A DNA stretch of 62,571 bases, filler included. It is 6 parts of 6 records of this genome, joined end to end, with 100 filler letters (N's around TTAATTAATTAA, not from the genome) between each part and the next. Parts side by side here need not be neighbours in the genome. Positions count along the whole stretch, not along the records: positions 42,936 to 56,870 come from DRR723986_20381; 5 more parts are not named here. One strand, written 5' to 3'. Under the pieces are notes generated by a model. That model was not told the DNA's origin, made no database searches, and worked only from the letters and a program-made list of their open reading frames with translations. Position numbers and translations under genes: made by a program. Below are positions 47,093 to 56,970 of this stretch, one piece after another (position 1 is the stretch's first letter; each line of letters opens with the position of its first letter).

Positions 47093-49234
47093 TCATTCAG
47101 CTGAGTGGTGATCTGCATCTATAGTTTTCATGCCGGCTTCTTCAGACATCACCGGAAGCTCAATACCAAATGTAGCGCCTTCACCCAAGACACTCTTACA
47201 CCAGATTGTTCCGTTCATACGCTCGATGAAGTTTTTAGCGATTGCAAGCCCCAAACCGGAAGAACTTTCCCCACCAGTGGGACGCGCATTCAGGCGGACA
47301 AACTTTTGATACAGTTTGCCTTGTTCTTCTTCTGAAAGGCCTGGGCCCTCATCTTTAACCTGCACTGAAATCTTACCTTCGATTTCCTCTACCGCGACCC
47401 ACACTCTACGTGACTTTGGAGAATACTTAATTGCATTGGAGATGAGATTTTCAAGAATCTCGTGAATCCGTTCCTCGTCCCCAACTACAAAGGCCGCAGT
47501 TTCCATTGCCTGGTGAATCAATGTAATGTTTTTGCGACGGGCACGCTGTTTGTACACACCTACAATTTTATCGACGGCACGCGACATTGAAACGCGATTC
47601 ATTTCAAAGCGCATGACTCCGTCTTCGAGCATCCGAACGTCAAGTAGATTTGAAATCAAATCCATCATCGAATCCGAGCAGGTCTGGATATTATCCAGAT
47701 ACTGCAAGATATCGCGTTTATTCAAGATGTTTAAGTACTGGCGCATGGAGTCACTGGCCAGCACAACACCCGTCAGCGGGTTCTTGAGGTCATGAGCCAC
47801 AATGCTCATAATCTCATTTTTCTCTTTGTCTACGACCAGCAGCTTCTCGTTGGAGACTTTAAGGCGCAGGTTGGTTTTCTCCAGCTCATTGTTAACACGC
47901 ATAATCTGATGCTGACGCGCTTCCAACTCCAGCTTGGCTTCTTCCAGTGAGGTAGACTTCTCTTCAAGCGCTGCATTTGCTTGCTCAATCTGCTGCAGGG
48001 CATTTGCCAGCTCAACGTTTTTGAGGCGATAAATCTCTTTCTCACGCTCAATCCGTTCCATGTCATAGCGAAATTCAATCGCAGTGATCGCTTTGTGTTT
48101 TTCGATATTACGCACTTCATTGCGCGTTTCGGAAAACATCTGGTAATACTCAAGTCCCTTTTTGAAGTCACCATTGGCAACGTGTACCTTGTACAGCACT
48201 TCGTACAGGCGGAACATCAAATCTTTATTTTTTGACTGACGCACAACGTCCAAACCGGAAAGGCATGCGCTAATAGCGTCGTCAAATCGCTTTTCGCTTA
48301 AATACACTTTACCAAGGTTAACATATACGTCAGTTAAACCGTTGGCATCCGGCATTTCAGAGTAAATCTTCATCGCCTTGAGCAGATACTGGATACAGCG
48401 ATCGGTATCTTTCAACTGCAAGTAGACGTTGCCAAGGTGTTTAAGTGAAAACGCAATACCAGTCTTGTCACCGGCGGATGTACGAATTTCCAGTGAAAGT
48501 GTTAAGTATTTGAGCGCTTCGTCAGTCTTGCTCAGGAAGCTGTAAATCAGGCCCATGTTGCCATAGGTGTGGGCCAAACCGCGCAAGTTTTTGGTCTTCT
48601 TAAATATTGGGAACGAACGCAAAAGGTACTTAAGCGCCGTTTCAAAGTTGTCCATTGAGAAGTAAATCGTGCTTACATTATTTAGAGTCGTAGCCAGGGT
48701 GCTTTCATCGCCAATTTCTTCACAAAGGCGCAGAGCACGCAAGTGATATTCCAGTGCGGTGTCAAACTGCGTCAGTTCTTTGTAGACAGTCCCGATATTT
48801 GTCAAGGTCGAAGCAACAATGCGCTTGTCACCCACCTTTTCATAGTGCGCCAAAACTTTGTGCTGATACTTGAGCGCCACACTATACTTGTTTAAGCGGG
48901 AATAGACGGCACCAAGCAAGTTAAATACACTGACTTTACCTTTTTCAAAGTCGGCCTTCTCATAGTATTCCAGTGCTTTCTGCGCGTCTGCCAGCGCACT
49001 GGGAAATTCTCCCAAAAGGCACTTACTAACGCCCAGGTTCTTCAGGCTTTCCGCCATACCGATCAGGTAGGCTTGGGGGTTGGCCATCTTAAGCGCCATT
49101 TGCGCCAGATTGCGCGCCTGGATCGGATTGAAGTTGCGCAGTTCCCAGGACTTCTGATTCAGAATGTCCACACGCTCACGATCATCGCTCGCTTCGTTGA
49201 GTTGGCTCTGTATGTCTGGGATCTTATCGACCAT
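47093..49234 (-). CDS. Soluble TPR-repeat histidine kinase
   Basis: Tandem TPRs (NLG/NIG...Y...ALEY..AL), long coiled coil, AHDLKNP, NLISNAIKYS, DEGPG and SSGLGL. No signal peptide or TM segment is visible. Confidence 0.92.
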   Translation of the reverse strand: MVDKIPDIQSQLNEASDDRERVDILNQKSWELRNFNPIQARNLAQMALKMANPQAYLIGMAESLKNLGVSKCLLGEFPSALADAQKALEYYEKADFEKGKVSVFNLLGAVYSRLNKYSVALKYQHKVLAHYEKVGDKRIVASTLTNIGTVYKELTQFDTALEYHLRALRLCEEIGDESTLATTLNNVSTIYFSMDNFETALKYLLRSFPIFKKTKNLRGLAHTYGNMGLIYSFLSKTDEALKYLTLSLEIRTSAGDKTGIAFSLKHLGNVYLQLKDTDRCIQYLLKAMKIYSEMPDANGLTDVYVNLGKVYLSEKRFDDAISACLSGLDVVRQSKNKDLMFRLYEVLYKVHVANGDFKKGLEYYQMFSETRNEVRNIEKHKAITAIEFRYDMERIEREKEIYRLKNVELANALQQIEQANAALEEKSTSLEEAKLELEARQHQIMRVNNELEKTNLRLKVSNEKLLVVDKEKNEIMSIVAHDLKNPLTGVVLASDSMRQYLNILNKRDILQYLDNIQTCSDSMMDLISNLLDVRMLEDGVMRFEMNRVSMSRAVDKIVGVYKQRARRKNITLIHQAMETAAFVVGDEERIHEILENLISNAIKYSPKSRRVWVAVEEIEGKISVQVKDEGPGLSEEEQGKLYQKFVRLNARPTGGESSSGLGLAIAKNFIERMNGTIWCKSVLGEGATFGIELPVMSEEAGMKTIDADHHSAE

Positions 49235-49340
49235 TGGATCTATGTTGCGGTCAGCTCAATGATTGACTCGCTCATCACCTATAGAGAATTGAATGTTTAA
49301 GCCTTGTAGTTTGCATGCTCCGGGCCACAAACTCTCACTC

Positions 49341-52300
49341 TTAGCCTTGCTCAGTCTGATCAAACTGTCCGTTTGCTTGCCGCCGTGGCAACAAGACAAT
49401 AAAGGTTGACCCACGGTCTACCTGACTCTCAACATCAATCGATCCGCCATGTAAATCGACAAATTCTTTTACCAGGGATAGCCCGATTCCGGTTCCAGGA
49501 CGTTGCAAGACATTCGAGGCACGAAAGAACGGCGAAAAAAGACGCACTTGCTCGTCTGCGGGAATGCCTATGCCACTATCGGAAACGCGAAGCTCAACTA
49601 ATCCTCCCTTTTCCGAGAGGCCGACTACAATTGGGCTGGCCGCACCGGAATATTTGACGGCATTGGACAAGAGATTCTTCACAACCTGACGCAACAATCG
49701 CGCGTCGCCAACAATTTTTGCATTCAATTCGGGGCCACATTCCAAACTGATGGCTGAGGCCGCCAGGTCCGCTGACTTAAGCTTTTCAATGACTTCGCTA
49801 CAGAGAGCTGCCAAATCCACATCGCCATATGACAAACGCTCACCAGCTGCAGGTAACGAACTCTGCAACAAAAAATCGTCCATCAGGTGCGTCAGTTCAG
49901 TGACGCGATGCTTGATTTTTCCAATTTCTTCCTGCCGTCTGCTGGCTTCCAATCTATCGGTGTATCGTTCCAATAGCTCCGCTGAAGAGAGAATCCCAGC
50001 CAAAGGTGTCCGGAACTCGTGCGAAACTGTGGAGACAAATCGTGTTTTGAGTGCGTTCAACTCACGCTCTGTTGTCAGAGCGCGTCGAAGTTGGCGTTCC
50101 GCCTGTTTCTGCTCTGTTATAATATGGCAAAAGATTCGCAGAATTTCTCCTTCCGGCAAATAACTTACTGAAAGATCATATACAACCCGCTCATTCTCAA
50201 ACTCATGACGAATGATTTTTCCTTCAGATTCAGCCAAGCCATCAATCTGCGGTCGCAACCAGGCCAGTAGTGGATGATCCAGTCCCTGTTCCTTTAGAGT
50301 CGGGAAGTGTTTTAGCGCTACGCGGTTCTGATAGGTAATTTCGCCGCCAAGCGATACTTCCAGAATTGGATTCGCATTCTGCTCCGGAAACGTTGCCAGC
50401 ATCTTCAAACGATTTTCCGCCAGCTTCTTCTCCGTCACATCCATCGCAGCCTGAATAAAATAACGCTCGCCGCTCTCTGCCCTAAATCGTGTGGCATACA
50501 TCTCCATGTAGCGGTAAGCACCAGACTTGTGCCTGAAACGGTACAGATCATGCGCCACACTTGGGCTGCCCTCACTAAACCAGCGCGTCCATAGCTGGTT
50601 CACGCGCTGGCTGTCATCGGGGTGATAAATATTCTCCGCCTCGTCATTAGACATGCGCACGAATTCTTTGACGCTATAACCCGTCTGTGCTTCAAAAGCG
50701 CGATTGGCGATATAACTCACCTGACCGTTACTATTGATCACTATTTGCATAATTCCAAGCGGCACAGCATCAATCAACCTTCGATTGCGCGCCTCTGAGT
50801 CACGCAGGCGCAGCTCTACTTTTTTCTGCTCAGTGATGTCCACCGCAGATCCAACGACTTCCTGAACGACATCTCCATCAAAAACCGGTTCCAGCACGTA
50901 GAAAAGCCATTGCCCTTCGAACTCCATTTCAAACCGTACGGAGTTGCCGGCAAATGCATCGCGTATGTGCGGCCCAACTCTATCGCGGTGCATGGAACCG
51001 AATATCTCATCCGGCGAGCGCTCAAATACCACTTCGGAAGTAATATCCCCGGCCAGTTTACCCTCACGCAAACGATACACAAAGGTGTCATCAGCACGCC
51101 GCACGAGTTTAAAGACCAGATTCTGCAAATTCTCGACTGTGCGCCGGAAGTCCTGCCGCAACGCATTTTCCAAGGCAGTCTGTGCTGTTCGCAGACGCGT
51201 GACATCTACGCAAATCTGATTGATAATCTCAACCTTGCCTTCGTCGTTCAGCTCAGCGAAGAGATAGGTGTCCAGCCAAACAAGGTCACCATGCCGGTTG
51301 ACAATCCGGTATTGCACATTCTGGCGCCCCGGAAAACCATCTTCATTCCAGCGCTTGTAAAAACCAAAGATGCGCTCGCGATCCTCAGGATGGATCATTT
51401 TGACCAGATCGTCGTCTGAAATCTGTTCAAATTCTGCCAGAGCATAACCAGACTGACGCTGGAATTCTTCGTTCACAAACTCGTAGCGCGACTCCTGCAC
51501 GTTAAAACTAGTGATCGCCACAGGCATATAATGCACTAACTTGCGTAGTTTCTCACTGCTGCGTTGTGCCGCCAGTTCAGCGCGCATACGCGCTGTTACG
51601 TTGGATATGATTCCCAGGCGCACGCCTTGCTGCTCGATAATCGAGTCCATTGAGGACATTCCGACTTCAACCCACAGACGCTCACCGGTGGCACTCAACA
51701 AGGTATTGAGATAACGTCCACGGAAATCCGGTTCATGTTCACTCGTATCTGCAAGTAAGCTGCCTTCGTCAAAACTGGCGTCAAACAATGAGTTTAGCCC
51801 GCGGCCTATCAACTCTGTACTGTCCAGGCCCATCAAACCACAGAAGCGATGATTGGCGTACAAGAGCGAGTCCTGCTCATCCACAATGAAAACGGCTTCA
51901 GAAAGTGCATCAATAAACTGGTGCGCATGTTTGAAGATATCATCCACAACCGCCGGCGCGTACTCAAATTTCCACACCCAGGCATTAACTTTGTCACCGT
52001 CATCCGCAAAAATCGGGCAGACGACGTCGCTAAACCGAAAGCGCAAGGCGCCAATTGAGATTGTTGCTTCTTCAGCCCGTCTGACTGCGACCTGGAATAG
52101 CTCATCATTCGGTAGCGCCGGCAAGTGATCTTCCCCGGCAAAACCAATCTCAACAAAATCCAGAATCGGCTGATTGTACAGTTTGGCCGGCGTAGCCGTC
52201 CCCAGGAGTTCAGTGGCGGTTGAATTGAAATGCTGAATCTTACCCGTAGCCGAGCACACGATCATGCACTCGGTCAGTGTATCACCATCCGCAGCACCGC

Positions 52301-52352
52301 CGGAATGTGCTGAGCTTCCTAGTGTATGATCCAGAACTCGTGATTTATCCAT
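49341..52352 (-). CDS. Soluble multi-PAS histidine kinase
   Basis: Several PAS/PAC units (IHPED, YHPDD, DITE.K), plus SHEFRTP, NLLSNAVKYS, DSGIGI and GTGIGL. Confidence 0.93.
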   Translation of the reverse strand: MDKSRVLDHTLGSSAHSGGAADGDTLTECMIVCSATGKIQHFNSTATELLGTATPAKLYNQPILDFVEIGFAGEDHLPALPNDELFQVAVRRAEEATISIGALRFRFSDVVCPIFADDGDKVNAWVWKFEYAPAVVDDIFKHAHQFIDALSEAVFIVDEQDSLLYANHRFCGLMGLDSTELIGRGLNSLFDASFDEGSLLADTSEHEPDFRGRYLNTLLSATGERLWVEVGMSSMDSIIEQQGVRLGIISNVTARMRAELAAQRSSEKLRKLVHYMPVAITSFNVQESRYEFVNEEFQRQSGYALAEFEQISDDDLVKMIHPEDRERIFGFYKRWNEDGFPGRQNVQYRIVNRHGDLVWLDTYLFAELNDEGKVEIINQICVDVTRLRTAQTALENALRQDFRRTVENLQNLVFKLVRRADDTFVYRLREGKLAGDITSEVVFERSPDEIFGSMHRDRVGPHIRDAFAGNSVRFEMEFEGQWLFYVLEPVFDGDVVQEVVGSAVDITEQKKVELRLRDSEARNRRLIDAVPLGIMQIVINSNGQVSYIANRAFEAQTGYSVKEFVRMSNDEAENIYHPDDSQRVNQLWTRWFSEGSPSVAHDLYRFRHKSGAYRYMEMYATRFRAESGERYFIQAAMDVTEKKLAENRLKMLATFPEQNANPILEVSLGGEITYQNRVALKHFPTLKEQGLDHPLLAWLRPQIDGLAESEGKIIRHEFENERVVYDLSVSYLPEGEILRIFCHIITEQKQAERQLRRALTTERELNALKTRFVSTVSHEFRTPLAGILSSAELLERYTDRLEASRRQEEIGKIKHRVTELTHLMDDFLLQSSLPAAGERLSYGDVDLAALCSEVIEKLKSADLAASAISLECGPELNAKIVGDARLLRQVVKNLLSNAVKYSGAASPIVVGLSEKGGLVELRVSDSGIGIPADEQVRLFSPFFRASNVLQRPGTGIGLSLVKEFVDLHGGSIDVESQVDRGSTFIVLLPRRQANGQFDQTEQG

Positions 52353-52839
52353 ACAACGTCAACTACGAGAAAACCAGTCTACAGACTGGTATGGACTTTG
52401 GCGCCCGCAACACACCGCTCTTTGGCAACGCAGCGATTCGTTCAGCCGACCTCGGCAGCTTGCCTGGCCGCACCAATGTAATGCAAAACAAGACTGGAAT
52501 CGACAGTATTGACAGTGGTTTCCACCCACTCATAGGCAAACCAAAGTGCTGTAATTTTCTTTCGTTGATTGCTCAATTGCACTCTTTGCCTAAACGGCGA
52601 ATATAAGCATTCGCCCGAAACTGCAACGCATTCATTGTGGACGAAGCCCTTCAAACTAAAAACTTCGGGTAAGATTGTAATAAAATCCGGGCTTAGACGG
52701 CTCTATCAGCCGCTTGTAATGAAGCCGCCCGGTGATTATTTTCTTATATTCGCCAAGGCGGAACAGCAGACGGCCGCCGCTTTGCAACACAATTCCTGCC
52801 CGTCGCTTCCTCAAACCTCAGTCATTCCTTTTGCACTGT

Positions 52840-53637
52840 ATGCTTGCAGCATTTACCTGGTCCATTTCGCCTGAAATTTTTGACTTTGGTTTCATTAGCG
52901 TCCGATGGTACGGCATACTATTTGCCCTGCCCTTCATTCTCGGATACTATCTGGTTGCACCAATGTTCCAGGGAGAAGGTCGCAAACGCGAAGACCTCGA
53001 CGCCCTCGTCCTCTACATGATTTTTTCGACTGTCATCGGCGCACGAATCGGGCATTGTTTATTCTACGACTTCGAACGTACGCTTGCCGATCCACTTTCG
53101 ATACTACGCGTCTGGGAAGGCGGGCTGGCCAGCCATGGTGCCGCCCTCGGTATTCTAACTGGAATGTTTCTGTTTGCTCGCAAGTATACAGCGTATTCAT
53201 TTTGGTGGCTGGCCGACAGGGTCGTGATGGTAGTCGCTTTGGCCGGCATCACCATTCGCGTCGGTAACTTCTTCAACTCAGAGATTTATGGCGTGCCAAC
53301 CGACCTGCCCTGGGGCGTCATTTTCACACAAGTTGGGCAAACGATACCACATCATCCCACGCAGCTGTACGAGGCGCTGGCGTATGCGCTTATATTCCTC
53401 GTGCTTTGGTTACGCCACAAAAAATTTAAGGGCAAACCCGCGGCCTCAACGCAGTTTGCCATCTTCCTGATTTTAACATTTACAGCCCGCTTCTTTATCG
53501 AATTCGTTAAAGTTGAACAGGGCGGTGTCGACTCAGACCTACCGCTAAAAATGGGCCAAATGCTCAGCGTGCCCTTTGTGTTAATCGGTCTTTTCCTGAT
53601 GTGGCGCAGTTCATCAACATCTGGAAAAAATGCCTGA
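52840..53637 (+). CDS. lgt: Prolipoprotein diacylglyceryl transferase
   Basis: VRWYG, GARIGHCLFY, WEGGLASHG, RVGNFFNSEIYG, HPTQLYE and RFFIEF motifs. Confidence 0.96.
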   Translation: MLAAFTWSISPEIFDFGFISVRWYGILFALPFILGYYLVAPMFQGEGRKREDLDALVLYMIFSTVIGARIGHCLFYDFERTLADPLSILRVWEGGLASHGAALGILTGMFLFARKYTAYSFWWLADRVVMVVALAGITIRVGNFFNSEIYGVPTDLPWGVIFTQVGQTIPHHPTQLYEALAYALIFLVLWLRHKKFKGKPAASTQFAIFLILTFTARFFIEFVKVEQGGVDSDLPLKMGQMLSVPFVLIGLFLMWRSSSTSGKNA

Positions 53638-53675
53638 GTTCTCCTCAACCCGAAACCCAATTAGTCTAAAATTCT

Positions 53676-55517
53676 ATGCCAACTTCAGCCAACAGTAATA
53701 TCCCACTCACAGACTTCTTCCGTAATCCGGCGGCCAACAACCTCAAAATTTCACCCGGTGGCCAGCTGCTCGGTGTGCTGAAACCACACAAACAACGCAT
53801 GAACATATTTGTGCGGGACCTGCAAACGCAGGCTGAACATCAGGTGACATTCAGCACCGCACGCAACATTGCCGGCTATTTCTGGAAGACCGACAAGCAT
53901 ATTATTTTTGCGCGCGATCATGGCGGCGACGAAAATTATCACGTCTACCGCACAAATATTGATGGCACAGGTGAAGTTGACCTTACACCTTTTGACGGCG
54001 TCCGCGCCTTGATTATGGACGACCTGCGTGACGAACCCGACTATCTTCTGGTTGCTATGAATCAGCGCCAACCGGACTTGTTTGATATCTACCGCGTGAA
54101 CATTCACAGCGGCGAAATGAGTATGGTGGCGCAAAACAACGGCAAGATTACTGCCTGGTCTACGGATCATTCCGGTGCCGTGCGCCTGGCCGAAGCTACA
54201 GATGGACTGGAGTCCACGCTCCTGATTCGCGATAAGGAAAGTGACGAGTTCCGCGAAATTGCCAAGACCGACTTCAAATCATCATTGCAACCGCTCTTTT
54301 TCACCGAAGACAATCGCAATTTCTACGCCATCTCCAACCGCGGACGTAACACCAAGTCGATCGTCATAATCGATGGTTCAAATGGTGAAGAAATCGACTG
54401 TGTATTCGAACACGAAGAATATGACGTCGGCGGCCTGTCTTATTCCGACAAACATCACAAACTTGAGTTCGTGGTCTATACAAACTGGAAGCGGCAATAC
54501 CACTACCTGGATGACGATGTAAAAGCTATGCATGCGCGCCTGGCAAACAAACTGCCGGACGTTGAAATTGTTATCGCCGATCGCGACCTGGCCGAAGAAC
54601 GTTTTCTTGTCCGCACGCACAGCGACCGCTCACTTGGGGCGTATTATTTGTATGACAAAAATTCCGACGAGTTAACTCTTCTCGACGAAGTTAGTCCCTG
54701 GATTAACGAATCCGACATGAGCCGGATGCAACCGATTGAGTACAAATCGCGCGACGGCCTCAATATTCACGGCTACTTAACAGTTCCCAACGGCGCCGAG
54801 GCCAGAAATCTGCCAACTGTGCTGGTAGTCCACGGCGGTCCGTGGTTGCGCGACACCTGGGGCTATCGTGCCGAAGTGCAGTTTCTGGCAAGTCGCGGTT
54901 ACGCCGTGCTTCAGATAAATTTCCGCGGTAGCACGGGTTACGGTCGTGACTTCTGGGAGGCTTCATTTAAGGAATGGGGCGGAGCCATGCAGGACGACTT
55001 AACGGACGGCGTGCAGCACCTGATTAATGAGGGCATCGCCGATCCGGAGCGCATTGCGATTTATGGCGGCAGTTATGGTGGTTACGCAGTCCTGGCGGGG
55101 CTGTGTTTTACACCCGACCTCTACGCTTGTGGCATAGACTTTGTGGGTGTCTCCAACCTGTTAACATTCATGGATTCGATTCCACCATACTGGCGCCCGG
55201 TACGAACTAAAATGCACAAAATGATTGGGGACCCGGAGACTGAAACCGAGTTCCTGCGTTCGCGCTCGCCCGTCTTCCACGTTGATGCTATCAAATCTCC
55301 ACTTCTCGTGGCGCAGGGTGCCAAAGATCCGCGTGTTAACATCAACGAGTCCAATCAAATTGTAGAGGCGCTCCGCAATCGCGGCATCGATGTTCCGTAT
55401 ATCGTAAAAGAAAACGAAGGCCACGGTTTTCACAACGAAGAAAATCGACTGGAGTTTTACAAGGCCATGGAACAGTTCCTGCATAAACACATCGGACAAG
55501 CGTCCGGCCAGGCATAA
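53676..55517 (+). CDS. S9 family serine peptidase (acylaminoacyl-peptidase-like)
   Basis: Beta-propeller N-terminus, HGGP, GGSYGG, DPRV and EGHGF catalytic motifs. Confidence 0.94.
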   Translation: MPTSANSNIPLTDFFRNPAANNLKISPGGQLLGVLKPHKQRMNIFVRDLQTQAEHQVTFSTARNIAGYFWKTDKHIIFARDHGGDENYHVYRTNIDGTGEVDLTPFDGVRALIMDDLRDEPDYLLVAMNQRQPDLFDIYRVNIHSGEMSMVAQNNGKITAWSTDHSGAVRLAEATDGLESTLLIRDKESDEFREIAKTDFKSSLQPLFFTEDNRNFYAISNRGRNTKSIVIIDGSNGEEIDCVFEHEEYDVGGLSYSDKHHKLEFVVYTNWKRQYHYLDDDVKAMHARLANKLPDVEIVIADRDLAEERFLVRTHSDRSLGAYYLYDKNSDELTLLDEVSPWINESDMSRMQPIEYKSRDGLNIHGYLTVPNGAEARNLPTVLVVHGGPWLRDTWGYRAEVQFLASRGYAVLQINFRGSTGYGRDFWEASFKEWGGAMQDDLTDGVQHLINEGIADPERIAIYGGSYGGYAVLAGLCFTPDLYACGIDFVGVSNLLTFMDSIPPYWRPVRTKMHKMIGDPETETEFLRSRSPVFHVDAIKSPLLVAQGAKDPRVNINESNQIVEALRNRGIDVPYIVKENEGHGFHNEENRLEFYKAMEQFLHKHIGQASGQA

Positions 55518-55577
55518 ACGCAGCACATCAATGTCACAGTCCAGAATTACGCCAGCTAGAATACAAGGTTAAACAAT

Positions 55578-56045
55578 ATGAACGCAGATCAGCCTACTAC
55601 TTCAGGGCCCGAGCCCGCCGAGGCTCCCAAAACCTCAAAAAAATCTGCTCCTGAACGTATTGAGCGTGACTTCGAACGTCGCGCGGCCAAAGTTCGCCCG
55701 GAAGACGAAGAACGCGTTGCCTATTCGATTCAGGATAAAATCGCACGTTATACGCAGTCGGCCGAGAAACACCGTCCATTTGCGCTGCGCCTGCTTGGCA
55801 ATGTTAAACTTCTGTGGGCCATGCTGCGTGAGAGCAACTTCCAACTGGAATGGACAACACGTGGAACAATCATTGCCGCACTGCTTTACTTCATCTCTCC
55901 GTTCGACGTCTTTCCAGATGTGCTTCCAATCGTAGGCATGATTGACGATGCCTTTGTGTTAAGTCTCGTAATGGCGCAATTAAGCGGTGAAATCGAGCGC
56001 TTTAAACAATATTTGCGTTCAATTATCGAGCAGTCAGAAGCTTAA
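55578..56045 (+). CDS. DUF1232 / YkvA family protein
   Basis: ALLYFISPFDVFPD.LPIVGMIDD signature. Confidence 0.9.
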   Translation: MNADQPTTSGPEPAEAPKTSKKSAPERIERDFERRAAKVRPEDEERVAYSIQDKIARYTQSAEKHRPFALRLLGNVKLLWAMLRESNFQLEWTTRGTIIAALLYFISPFDVFPDVLPIVGMIDDAFVLSLVMAQLSGEIERFKQYLRSIIEQSEA

Positions 56046-56392
56046 ACAGCAGATAAAATTGAGCGTGTGTGGTGATTCGGTTGCGCAAGTTTTCAGCACA
56101 ACACTGCTGACTGACAGACTATTCAGGTGTTAACTCGTCACAATTAATTGACACGTGCGGCTGTAATCATTACATGCGCCCGCTACCGCCATGAGCAGAG
56201 CATGAGTGCTGCGCCTTTTAACAAAGGCTGGCTTTTTCTTTTTGTTAATCACCGTTGCGGCAGCCTCAAATTTTTGAACCTGTCCACTCAACGCCAAACA
56301 TAAAAATCAAGAGAGCCTGAGCCGAACGCCAGAGAGAGCTCAAAGCGATCAGCCCAGACAATTTAGACTCCAACATCTCAGTCAGTAGAAGT

Positions 56393-56869
56393 CTAGCCTT
56401 CATCAGCCGAAGATGAGGCTCCACCCGTGTCGCCGGTGTCATTTGCTGGAGTGTCAGCTTTTGGCGCATTATAGTCCGGAGTATTCGACGGCGCACTATC
56501 CGAACGTGGCACATCCGTCGTCGAATCCTTGTTCACCGCAGAATCCGGCGTGTTAACATTTTGGTCCGGCGTGGATCCATGCCGTTTAAAGCGAACTTCT
56601 TTGGGCCCGTCGTCATCCTCAATGTTAAAGTTCTCGCGTTGCGGGCGATCGTGGCCACCCTGAAAGTCGCTGCGCCGCGGGCGATCATGCCCACGTCCAT
56701 ACGAAGGCCGCTCTTCGCGATGGTCATCTCGGCGATCCTCATTATCGCGGCGACTCCAACGTTTGCCTTCGTCATCACGATGGTCATCTCGGCGATCATT
56801 ACGACGTCCCCACGAACGGTCACCATCCCTGCGGTCATCGCGACGATCATCTCGGCGCTCCCACGAACG
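56393..56869 (-). CDS. C-terminal 158 aa of a protein with an Arg/Asp-rich low-complexity tail (5' truncated)
   Basis: Frame open from the contig edge to TAG at 56393-56395: RSWERRDDRRDDRRDGDRSWGRRNDRRDDHRDD...SSSADEG*. Not in the ORF track. Confidence 0.75.
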   Translation of the reverse strand, partial: RSWERRDDRRDDRRDGDRSWGRRNDRRDDHRDDEGKRWSRRDNEDRRDDHREERPSYGRGHDRPRRSDFQGGHDRPQRENFNIEDDDGPKEVRFKRHGSTPDQNVNTPDSAVNKDSTTDVPRSDSAPSNTPDYNAPKADTPANDTGDTGGASSSADEG

Positions 56870-56970
56870 TNNNNNNNNNNNNNNNNNNNNNNNNNNNNNN
56901 NNNNNNNNNNNNNNTTAATTAATTAANNNNNNNNNNNNNNNNNNNNNNNNNNNNNNNNNNNNNNNNNNNN

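Noticed and set aside
53676-55517. S9 peptidase as the maturation protease of the peptide system
   Set aside because: It lies about 6.7 kb away behind lgt in a separate unit, belongs to a widespread family, and the PCAT already supplies a leader peptidase.
56533-56926. ORF-track proteins MIVAMTAG... and MVRRGSMP...
   Set aside because: They are alternative frames of the R/D-rich repeat coding sequence at 56393-56869.
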